Assembly (NCBI RefSeq): GCF_009914755.1
Contig: NC_060939.1
DNA length: 64,000 bases
Origin: the human T2T-CHM13v2.0 reference genome, Homo sapiens
Strand: one strand, 5' to 3'
Part shown: positions 15,638 to 28,509 of the stretch, one piece after another
Layout: every line of letters begins with the position of its first letter
Numbering within the stretch: the stretch's first letter is position 1
The notes under the pieces: generated by a model
What the model was told of the DNA's origin: nothing
Database searches by the model: none
The model's input: only the letters and a program-made list of their open reading frames with translations
Translations under genes and position numbers: made by a program

Positions 15638-17849
15638 AAAGGCTAAGTTATATTTATAATGAAAAAAAGGAATTTAGGCTGATGACTGGCGTCTGGACAC
15701 AACAGGTCTCAAATCATGGTTCAGGTTTGGGTTTACACTCTAACCTATGGAATTAATTTTAGTGTTTAAAAATAGGTAACTGGCCCCTGAAAATTAGCGT
15801 TATCTTTTAAACACCTATGGGTGATATGTTAGAAATTCTCCTAAATAATATGATTGGTTCATTTCAGTCAGTACAGAAAATACAATCTGGTAATACTATC
15901 AGGGCATTTTTGTTAATACATTACTTGCTTTTGTATTGTAGACAACAGGACCAAGAAGTGACTTCAGGAGCAGAGGAATAAACTTTTGGCCTCTAATGCT
16001 ACTAGCTTTAAAAAGAAAGCCCTACCAGCTACCTAGTACAGTGTGACTAAAATTAATCACCGCTCGACTCAGATCATGTATGTTTCTTGATCCAAGCCAT
16101 TAAAAGTTAATGGCTTTGGAAATATTGGCAGACAAAGGCAAAGAAAAGAGACACATTGAGGGAATATGGTTCATGAAAGGCATCTTGGGAAACACATGAG
16201 ATCTGACCAGCTATAATATGAATCTCTTTAAAAAAAGATTTTAATATCACTCGTTGCTAAAGAAAGAAGATAAAAATGGTCTAAAAAATGGATACGGTAT
16301 GCTCTGTGTGCCAACAGGTAATGTGCCTTTAAGTCAGCATGCCACAGGAAATGTCCACGTTCCCTAAAAAGTAGGATGATAAAAACTGAAGGTCCAAGCT
16401 GCTGCACCACTGGACTTACCCTAAATGTAAAGACAGGAGTTCAGAATCTCTCTAATAAATGCAAGAGCTCTTCATTCTCATGACTGTTCAGAAATACATG
16501 GACGAACATGATAAACAAAGGAACATGCAAAAAACACATTTTTACCACTGGCTCAGTCAATTCTGGCCTATGGTCCTTTGGAATGGTGAATAAGGTTTCC
16601 GTGGTATAAAAAAGGTATTGGCCCTCACTGTAGATCACACCTGTAAAATAAATGACTCACCAGTCTGACTACCCAATATAGCTTTGCTCTACCAGTCATT
16701 ATCAGGGACAGCTTCTATGAGCAAATAATGACACTCTTATGGTCTCCCTTCAGAAGAAAAAGTCAGAAAAGGGGTATATAGAGCTTCAAGGATGAAATAC
16801 AAAAAGGAGTGAATATTCACTCCTTTGCCATGATCTCCTTGCAGCTTTGAACTAAGTCACATCAGGCCAAGGCACAAGGAATAACATATAGACTTTGGGG
16901 CATCAGGGAAATGGCTTCCTTGCCTCAGAAAGCTCAATATCACATGGTTTATGGCATTTTGAATAGAGAAGATTGAGGGCAACGTTTTGATCTTTTTCTC
17001 ATTAGGCTTACCTGAAACATAGATGGTATTAACGCCATAAGGGCTGTTTTAAATATGCTTTCAGAGGGATATGGCTGTGTCCAGCCATCCCTCCAACCAC
17101 TGCCTGGTGGCCTGAACATCAGAAGTAAGGCTCTGTCCACTCTATATAGTTTGTTCAGGTCTTTTGATACTACTCGAGTCTATACAAGGTACAGCCCCCA
17201 GTTCCCAGAGCGAAATTGTTTCTCCAGGCGAAAACGGGCTAATGTCCAACTTTGATTCTAAATAAGTGAGATCGTAGAGACCTGACCAGGGCTGTGAGGA
17301 CCACTCTCATTTCTATCCATCTTGACAACAGTCACTCACGAGGCATTTCTGAATTCCTGACATAACTATCGCACGAGGTTAACTGCTATAAAAGTCAATG
17401 AAATAAGTGAAGTCACTCCCTACTGTAAGAAAAAAACAACAACAAACTCATTAATTTCTCAATTTAAAGGGAAATTTTTTCCTTGCTGCAGCAGCTGATG
17501 AAAACATCATTGACTAGGCTATGTGGAATGTTTCCAAAGGGTAGAAAAATAAAACTAAGAGAAAAGAGCCATAAACAGTAAGAAAGAATGGGTAACCCCA
17601 AGTTCATTTATCCCAGGCAGGCCAACAAGGCCACATACTTAGACAGACACACTCTTCCATGCTCATTTTCTCTTCAGAGTCTGACCTTCGGCCCTGACCG
17701 CTCTGGCACCGACCACCTCCTGTGCCTCCCAGGTCAGTTTCACTAGCAGCCATGATAAAACAGACCAGCAGGAAAGTAAGAATACCAGCAGAAAGTAATC
17801 TTAGGCTTAGCTCCTAACACACCAGAATTTAGCCTTTAAAAGTTATTCC

Positions 17850-18139
17850 AGTTGGGCATGGTGGCTCACACCTGTAATTCCAGTGCTTTGGGAGGCTGAG
17901 GCAGGACTGCTTGAGGCTAGGAGTTCAAGGCCAGCCTGGGCAACACAGCAAGACCCTCTCAACTAAAAAATGCTTTTTAAAAAATGAGTTGGGCATGATG
18001 ATGTGTGTCTGTAGTCCTAACTAGTCAGGAGGCTGAGGCAGGAGGATCACTTGATCCCAGGAATTGGAGGTTACTATGATGACACCACTGCATTCTAGCC
18101 TGGGCAAAAGAATGAGACCTTGTCTCTTAAAAAAAAAAA
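17850..18139 (+). mobile_element. AluJ
   Basis: Diverged dimer with J diagnostics (gcttgaggctaggagttc, ggaggatcacttg). TSD aaaagttattcc. Confidence 0.9.
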
Positions 18140-19741
18140 GTTATTCCATGATAAATTAGCATATCACTTCTACTTTGTCCAATTGTGTACTTTGTCAAAT
18201 CTAAATCTGACAATTTTCCCTACTCTATTCCTAAGATATTTTCCTATTTAAAAGTAAAAAACTTCTCTTAGAGACTGCATGCATTTCACCAGCTACACAG
18301 ATCAGCCACTTCATAGTTTTTGTGAGCTATCACTTGTAGTACCCAAACATACTTTGACTTCAAGTGATTAATTGCAGAACAAAGTCCTCTTCCGTTTGCA
18401 GAGCTTCTCCCCCAGGACACAGGGGAGTTGAAGTTGGGGAGCCCTGGACTTGCCCTGGAATGCATGATCAGTTAAAGCCAATCACTCTGCACTTAGTAGA
18501 CATAACACCCAGAGCCGACCCGGCGATTTAGGTGCAGAGTGAAAGGTAACAGCATCGCATTCATTTCCTCATTTAGGGAGAGTAGTCTGGGAGACAGTTT
18601 GAAAACTGAAATCAGCCCTGTGTCATAAATTTGCAAATTTAATTGAAATGCATTAGTCTTTGGAAGACATTTCCAATCCCGATAATGAAGACATGCATGT
18701 GCTAGCAGATGCAAGCTCCCCCTTTTGGTTTTGAAACCTCTACCACCTACTGAGTCTCACCAAAAACTAGCACTGAGAGCCTGTTTGCATGGGTGACTGG
18801 AACAAAAGGGTGAGGAAACAGGGAAGACTGTCTGGAGTAAGGAGTCTCTCTGGCGCCCCTCAAATCATTCTACCCAGGCAGCCCCCTGTTGCATCTCTGC
18901 CCAAGGCAGGAGCTGTCAGGAGTCCCACAGATAAGTAATTTAGAAATATTCTAGGCTGAATGAAGGAGACATACTTTAGGTTTCCATTGTTCTCTGCCAA
19001 GCTAGGGAAATGGAGTGCGGACAGATGCTCTCTAAGGTTTTGATTTGAGCTCCAAAGAGGTTTGAGGCTTGGCATAGCCATGAATCCAAAGGATCTCCAC
19101 TTCCTTCTTTTTTTCTAAACAAACTGAAAGTAATACAGTCAAGAACAGAGCTGGCGATTGTTTTATTCCATTAACTAATCTTTCTTGTTCTGAACATGTC
19201 TATTCTCTTTAACAAAGCTATTAAGATTTTAGATTCTTGGGCAAAAGCAACCCATATGGGATACATTTAGGGACTTCTACCACCAAAACCCAAATAAACA
19301 AGATTTTTCATCTATCAGCAGCAGACAGCAAATCTTGCAATCAATTTCAACATGGCAAAAGGAAACACAATGATTATTTATTTGTTCAACAAATACTAAC
19401 TCAGCATCTACTATATATATGGAAAAACAAGGTGCTACAGAGAAAACAAAGTGGTACAAGACATTGTAATTATCTTCTAGGGGCCTATGATTTATCTAAA
19501 AGAGAAAGTGCCTATAACCAAATGAATAAAAAACCAAATCATTAAATGACAAAACTGAAGATACAGTAAACCCCCAAAATTCTGGAGATACGATAGCTCA
19601 CACAGATTGGAGAAAGCTTCATGAAGGACACCGTATGTGATCAATAAATTTTTCCAGAATAGTTTCATAGTCTGTATATCACTTGAGACATAATATTTTT
19701 AGATTATACCATTATGTAAATATTATAGTAGTTTTAAAGTA

Positions 19742-20334
19742 GAGTCACACACTGCATAATGACATTTCGGTCAAAGACAGACCTCATATATGATGGTGGT
19801 CCCATAAGGTTATAATGGAGCTCAAAAATTCCTATTGCCTAGTGAAGTCATAGCCACCATAATGTTGTGGCACAACTACTTTATTATAAAAATAAATTTA
19901 GTGTAGCCTAAATGTACAGTGTTTATAACATCTACAGAAGGGTACAGTAATATTCTAGGCCTTCAGATTCACCCACCACTGACTCACTGACTCACCCAGA
20001 GCAATTTCCAATCCTGCAACCTCCATTCACGGTTAAGCGCCCTACACAGGTGTACCATTTTCTATCTTTTATACTGTATTTTTACTGTACCTTTTCTGTG
20101 TTTAGATATGTTTAGATACACAAATACCATTGTGTTACAATTATATTCAGTACAGTAACCTGCCGTACAGGTTTGCAGCCTAAGAACACTAGGTTATGCC
20201 ATACAGCCTAGGTGTGAAGTAGGCTACACCATCTAGGTTTGTGTAAGTACACTCTATGATGTTCGCACAATGATGAAATCACCTAACAATGCGTTTCTCA
20301 CAATGTATCCCGCTAGTTAAGTGACACATGATTC
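19742..20334. mobile_element. Tigger3-family (Golem/MER7) non-autonomous DNA transposon
   Basis: TA-flanked. Internal gtggtcccataaggttataatggagc and gtgtaagtacactctatgatgttcgcacaatgatgaaatcacctaac are characteristic; degenerate TIRs. Confidence 0.85.
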
Positions 20335-21699
20335 TACGTGTTTAAATTAAGTGCTGCAAATTTATATTATAGGAATGTGCAAATACACAAGAGACTGGAG
20401 TAGACCAAGCACTCAAAGGAGGAAGCACAGATAAGAAGGCAGTTAGGCTGATCCCAGGAATAACACTGCATGATTCCTCCAAACGCATGTTCAGTCACCC
20501 AGGTCCGCCTCTTTATGTCTATGTAGCCAAATTCATCTGCTGTCAATGCCCAGCTCATTTTCTACTTAAAATCACAGGAAGTCAGGGTTGGAAGAGAACT
20601 GCAAGATCACCTGAGCCCAGGAGTTTCTAAACTTGGCTGAAGGATCACTAGGAAGGTGTCAATCTCTGATCTCCAAAGCCTACCTGGTACATGTAAACAA
20701 GAGGATGGTGAAGCCAAGGCATTTATTAAGGAAACTAAACACAAAATGTGTTCTTGCTCTGCCATCTCTGTGGGGAGTTTCTAAAACCACAGATTTCTAG
20801 ACTCTACACTCTGGTATTCTGATTCAGTGGATCTGTTTACATTTTTACAATGACCTCCAGGTGACTTGGGAGATCTGCCAGGTTTGGGAGCTGCTGATCT
20901 CTAACACTGCCCTACTGGCTTCTGAATCTCCTCTAAAACTATCTGCTTAGGGTGGTCCTGATTATGGCTAAGTGTCTTCTCAAAGCTCCCTGTAGCTTCC
21001 ACATTTCCTTTGGATCATTTCTTCCTCCAAACTCTTACACCAGCCAAGATCTTCAATGCTCTTTCAATATCCAGCTGTGCGCTGGAGAATGCACCATACA
21101 AGACACAGCAAAGAACAGGCTTGTGTCCTAGAAGTGGAAAGATACACATAAACTGCTAAAATAACAAGTTGGAATGAATTAAATACTAAAGGATCGTAAG
21201 AAGAAAATGCTGTCAGAGCCCACAGGAAAAGCTAATTCTTTTATTAAGGGAGATTTCAGAACATTTCTACAGAACCTGGTTTCTGGAGGCAGCCCTTGAA
21301 AGACGACTCTATTTTGATCAGCAGGAAATAATGGGGGGAATGCGGTATGAAGAAATTATCCAGTGAGAACACAAGGAAAGAAAGTGCAGGTGTGAGACAG
21401 TGAGTGGTCATAGTAGGTGCAGGGAGGGATGAGGCTATAGGAAATGAGGCTAAAGAGTGAGTTTAGGGCAGGTTCTCAGAGGGCCATGCTATAATTTGGG
21501 AGAGAATATGAAGTTCTTGAAAGAACTCAAGCTTTAGTGTAAAAAAAAAAAAAAAAGACCTAGGTTCTTATCCTCATTCTGTTTATTAATGAAACTATGA
21601 CATTGAAAATTCATTTACTCTCTCATGCTTAGCTGTGAAATAGCAATAAACCTTTTTTTTTTTCCTTCAGGGCTGTTGTGACAACTTAATACATTAATA

Positions 21700-22440
21700 A
21701 ATTAAAGTACCATCCATGGCTAATTATCTTTCCTTTATTTCATGAGCAATGGAAAACCACAGAATATGTTTAAAGAGATAACTATGATCTAAATTCTGTT
21801 TTGGAAAGATAATTGGATGCAATATTCAGGGACACTTCAAGAGGAAATAGAAAACCTCTAGGCAGAGAGAAGAGTTAGAAGGATGTTTCAATAATCCAAG
21901 TGAGAGATGATAGAGTCCTGAATCAGAGCAGAGACACCTCAAATACAGGGTAAAGAACAATCACCATTAAGGGGGCAAAACTATAAAGAGTCAGAAATAG
22001 ATGAAAAATAAATCTTGTAGCAGTAAAAATAATTCTCATTCCAGCCTGCCTTTTGCTAATAGGAGGAGGATAGTGTTGCAATTGAAAGTTAGGGAGCCTA
22101 AGAGGAATAGGCCTTAGTTGAGATGGAATAATTTCCAACCGAGACATATTGAATTGCAGATGAAGGCTGGGTATACAGTTTAATGTGCAGTAGGAAATGT
22201 AGGTCTAAAACTTGGGAGGCCTTGGCAATGAGGTGATAGGTGAAGCTGTGAAAATAGTTGGGACTAACAAAACAGAGAATAGAGCAGAAAAGAGGAACAC
22301 TGAGATTTACCTTGGGGAAGGCCCACACTTAAGGAACAGAAGAAACAGAGGAACTAAGGAGGGAGATGAAGAAGGGGAGTAGTCACCTTCGCAGAGAGAC
22401 CCAATATATTATCAGAGCAACGAGGCATTTCGAGATGGAG
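21700..22440 (-). mobile_element. L2 fragment
   Basis: Purine-rich degraded L2 signature (ttttggaaagataa...caataatccaagtgagagatgat). Boundaries approximate. Confidence 0.55.
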
Positions 22441-22475
22441 GAAACTACCATTGGTGTCAAAAACTAGCAGTGGCA

Positions 22476-22787
<312 letters not shown>

Positions 22788-22824
22788 TTAGTTAGAAGGA
22801 GTCATCTGATTTCAGTTAGGAAAT

Positions 22825-23295
22825 GTGACACAGTCTAGTAACAATCTCAATATGCAGTTCTCCTGCTTCCTTTAGTAAAGGAAACCATGAGTCTTTAGCA
22901 GGGACATGGCTCCCAGCTAAGCCTACATTTCCTGGTCTCCCTTGTGTATGGCCATGAGACTAAGTTCTGTCCAATGGGATAAAGTGGAAGTGATGTGTGC
23001 ACCTTCCAGCTCATGCTATTTAATATTAAAAGGAAAGGTTGTGCAGTCCCCTTCCCACTGGCAGGAACTCAGCAGCAATGGTAGCAGTAGACCTGACGTG
23101 TGCCCCCTTACACGTTGGGAATAAGGACCTTATCTTAAGGATGGCAACCACAAAAGAGAAGAAAACTGGGTTCCTGACATCCAAACTCCTTGCATTCAGA
23201 TTGTTATACATGAGGAAAATTGATTTTTCCTTTGTTTAAGCAACAGTTATTTTGGCCTCTGTTATGGCAGCCAAGACGTTATCCTTACTGAGACA
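22825..23295 (+). mobile_element. Ancient MaLR LTR (MLT1-like)
   Basis: ctacatttcctggtctccctt...ggccatgagactaagttctgtccaatggga...gaagtgatgtgtg, with end tgttatggcagcc...aca. Confidence 0.6.
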
Positions 23296-23556
23296 GGAAG
23301 GAGTGTGTGGTACGAAAAAGGAAATAAGGAAATGAACGTAAATCATTCTTTGAAAAGAAGTTAGAAGGGAAAAGGAGACGGAATGATGCTTTCAGAGAGA
23401 GGGCCAAGAGGTGTGTATAGTTTTTTAAACCAATGATCCTATAATTCTTACAGTTTTTTAGTTTATCCTCTCTCCTTATTCATGGCATATTTTTAATTTT
23501 GCAGATGTAGTTTTAAATTTATTGCTTGGGGAATAAGCAGTTTTTATTATTTGTGA

Positions 23557-23865
<309 letters not shown>

Positions 23866-25196
23866 GTTCTTTGTGATTATGACAATGTTGTTTATCAGTT
23901 AGGTCTTGGGGCATTTACTGTTTGTGTATTTGCACAGAACCATTTTCAAATGTGATTTAGGAAAATTCAAAGTTTTGACAATTAATTAGGGGGTGATTGT
24001 ATTATTAAGGGATTTTTAAAAATAAGCAGCTCTTTAGTGGTTAAATGAATACAAGTCATTTAACTACATAACACAGGGCAAGGAAAAGAAAGTTAACATG
24101 TTACAAGTTACTGAAATTATCATGTATGTATGTCAGTAGGAAAGCAGAATTCAATAAATAACAATTTTATTTATGGAGCTTTTTCTAGGAGTAAGTTTAT
24201 CATGTAAAGAAAAGAATTCCTGTAGTGTCTACACTGCAGTCAGTGGCTTGTGGATTGAGTGACAGCATCTCTAAGTCCCCAACTCTTGGTCCTAAAGTGA
24301 CCTGAGCAGTAGGGAGCTGTGAGAACAGCTTTCAGGATAGCCTCACAACAGCTTTGAACTATCTTCTGTAAAGGGTACAGCAGTTCCATAATCACCCATA
24401 ACAGCAGCAAGTAATAGACTTAAAACAAAAACCCTATTGGTAGGTGGCTGGGTAATAAAAAAACAGCCCCCTCGCCCCCAAAAGAAAAAAACAAGATAAC
24501 TATCCATTCCCCTATGGTGTAAATTATAGCTATGTGTGTAGTGAAATTTCTTATTTTCATTTCGCATAAAATTCACCAAACTTCTAATTCACTCATTACT
24601 TACCCATTATGGGGTTTTTAAATGGCACTTTTAAAGTTTGCTTTGGCTCAGGGTGAATTATATGCCCAGACTTTATTCCTGGAGTCATGACTCCCGTAGG
24701 CCTTCTGTACCTTTTGCAAATTCAAAGCTCATTTTGTGGGAGGCAGTGCTTCGTGTGCATGCGCGGGCATATGTGGGGGCAGTCTTAGGATATCCTAAAT
24801 GGTGGAATGTTTTGTAAGTAAGGGTCCTATCACCCAGAATAATTCAGCAGCCAAAAAAAATAAAAAATAAAAAATAAAAAAGAGTAAAGAATAGCCAATA
24901 AAGGTATCAGCAAAAATTAGGTTACCTACTTGCAGTTATGCATATACTTGGATAATCTATTGATTTAACAGGTGGAAGAAACATGTGTACCAAAAATTCA
25001 TTGAATGTTTGGATATCATGAGGTACAAATACAAAAGTGCATTAAAAGGTAAAAGTGAGGCAAAGTTGCTTCTGAGGATAAAATAAACCTTGGATTATGA
25101 TACATCATAAATGCAATGTTGGATACAGATGAGCAGAGAAAAAAACGTTTTGTGTACATGCTCCATAAAAAAACGTGATCTTCAAGAACAACATTA

Positions 25197-25485
<289 letters not shown>

Positions 25486-28462
25486 GGCCAACATTAGTAT
25501 TTTATGAGAAGAACTGGGGGTTCAGGTGAGGCAAGGTAGCTATAGATGTTTACCGATTTCAAGAGGGCAATGAAAATTCTTTCTGGCACCTAATCTCTCT
25601 CCCAACTCACCTGCAAGTCCTTGCTTGAAATATCTTCCAATATAGTACCTATAGCTCAAGAGCAAAGGTGAAGGGCACTATGGCAGAAGGGAAACACACA
25701 GCTCCTCAGAAAATTAGAACCGCAGTTTCTAGATTCATAGAGATTTTGAGCTAGAAGAGCTCATAGTCACCATTTAATTCCTGCTTCATCCTGATACATA
25801 CATTTTACAGATGTGACAATTGGGTTCCCAGTGAATAAGTGACTGGCCCAAGATCACATAGCCAATTAATGGGGGTGGGGGGGTGGCAGGGTGAAGGGTA
25901 AAAATGCCTGTTTTCAGCTCTCTGTCTCCAGGTCTTTTTTTACACTGCTCAGCACTGCACATATTCAGAAGGGATAAGAGAAGGGACTGGGATGCTTCAC
26001 TGAAAGATGAGTCCTGATACCAGGGGCAGCACGATGACTGAGTGGGTCACAGACTGCACGTCTAGAAAGTGGCGCTTTTGGATTTGTGCCTGGGCTCAGA
26101 AGTTTGCTCTTTTGCTTAAGATTGGCTTGAATGCCAAGGAAAATTGAAAGCCATTAATATACCACGACACAGTAGATTACTCTTCCAAAGATATAGTTAA
26201 TCTCCAGGTAAACCATATTCCCCAGTGAAATATTGTTCCTTCTGCCGAACCACAGAGTTGTGCCCTGACACCAGTTTAATAAGATTATTGTTCACTCACA
26301 AGGCACAAGAACTTAGGACATTTTTATGTGGTCATTTGTATGTTAGAGATTATTCTGGATTTTATGAGGGGAAGCTGTTATCTTGTTATGAAGATGCATT
26401 CATCTCAATTTTGTATCAAACTAATGTGTACTCATGAAAACTACCTAAGCAGGAAAAGTAAATATTCACCACCACCTAAAATTAACCTCCAGTGGCCTAA
26501 GTAGTTTTCAACACTTCCATTTCATTTGGAAGTAGAATTTAAACAAAACAGTGTTTTCCATGAAACCTGTCCCTTTGAAAATGCTAGTACTGATTCTTAA
26601 TTTTTCCAATGATTTTGAGCACTTAGTTGGCCTTCCAATATATTTAAAAATTAAGTGAGTTGAATTTTTCTGATGAGATCCCAAACTAGTTTTTTTCTTT
26701 ATAATTACACATCATCAGGTTTTTATTTTGGTTATGAATTTTATTTTTTAGGATGCCCTTGTTAATGATGTTATGTTGTCTCCTGATGTTTAGTGTTGTT
26801 GGGATATATTCGGTTTCTGGGGAAAGTATAATTGAAACTATAATATCAAATATCATTAAATAGATGTCAAAACAAAGCAATTATAGTGTTCCTCATTTAA
26901 TAGAAAAATTCCAGTTAATTTGCTTATTTTACCATAATGAATGTGTGATTCTAACAGGAAAGAAGCTAAAATCTTTAGCAGACAGAGAACACTTTAACAA
27001 AGTTCTCACTTTAGGATTTTAAGAAAACCCTGGATATCAAGCAGTTTGTTTAAATGGTTGAGGAGTAATATACATAATGTGCTAATATTTCTTAACACAC
27101 AGATTTTCCTAACCATGCTGCTGCCTCCAGAAATATCTTATTAGCCATCATCAACTTTCAGAGATGTTGTTTTAGGGTAGAAACCTTGGTGATCCATCCT
27201 CACAGAGCATGGCTGGAATGAAGGGTCCCCTGAAACTGCGAAATGAGAAGAACCAAAAAGGGTCTTGTGAGGTCATGACCCTGTAAAGGGGTTGGTTTAC
27301 AGAGTGTGAAGCAGGCAATTCAACAGCTGCACCCAGGAAGCAATGCCACAAACGCCCGTGGCTGGGAATCAGAGATACTGTCATTTTGAAGGACTTCTGG
27401 ATACCACCTCTATGACAGACTCACAATTTCTTTGATCTAACTTCTATGATACAGAACACTCTTTAATGTGGAATACAGTTATTTCAACAGAAGATCATTA
27501 ACATATAAAGCAATTAATTGCCTTCTCTGTTGGTCTTTTGTTTGTTTTAGACCATTTTTAGGGCCCCAAGGACAAATATACTAAGGACTGTGCTCAAAAT
27601 CTGAGGTGTAAAAATTCTTAAGCAAAAGCTGTACATTCCAGGCCCACTGTGGGATGTCCCAGCCTCAAGGTGTATGGACCTGGAGGGCAGACTGGCCAGC
27701 TCCTATGCTGTTTTAAGAATAGTATTTTCGTATGAGAATTGATTCCACAGAAACTTATTTTAGCTTACTTTAAAGGGCTAAATAAGTGATGGCAGGGCAA
27801 GAGCTATGGGTTGGGTGCCAAGATTTTTAGGATTTTTTTTCATGTTATTATCAACGACCTATTTTCTCAACAATGGTACTTTTCTCTGCTTCAGTTTTAT
27901 CTATATAATGGATATATTCAGTTTAATTCCCATGTTCCCAAAGAAGTACTGATGGGAAGATGTGTTGATAAACACATCTTTAACTTCCTTGGAAAGAAAG
28001 AAGGCCTTTCTCTTTTTTTAGCTCCCTGAGAAAATACTTAGAGACTAATACTAGGTCAAAAATCTCACAATTTTGCTCCTCTTACTAGTGTTTTAAGGTG
28101 AAATATATTAGGGTAGGTTGTGATGTGTCTAGAAATATATTATGTATATATCTTTTCTTTGATTACAAAGTGAAGAATAAAAATACTGAATTATGGAATG
28201 TCAGGCCTCACAGGTTAGTAAAAGGTAGATGCTATAATGAAATATATCATTTTCCTTACGCTGAGGAATTTTTTGTCTCCTTCCACTCTGTTTTGAATGC
28301 CATTCTTATACATCTGTTCCACAGGAGTAGTAGTAAGACCTGTTTGAAATTTAAATCCATGACACCCCTTCCATAACAGTGGCAACCCAATCACAAAAAT
28401 GATCAGGCAGAAATGCTTTTTTCTGATAAATAGGGGCAAATTCAATCTCTCTAAGGAAAACG

Positions 28463-28463
<1 letters not shown>

Positions 28464-28500
<37 letters not shown>
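28464..28500. repeat. (CA)n microsatellite
   Basis: About 18 uninterrupted CA units. Confidence 0.97.
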
Positions 28501-28503
<3 letters not shown>

Positions 28504-28509
28504 CGTCTA

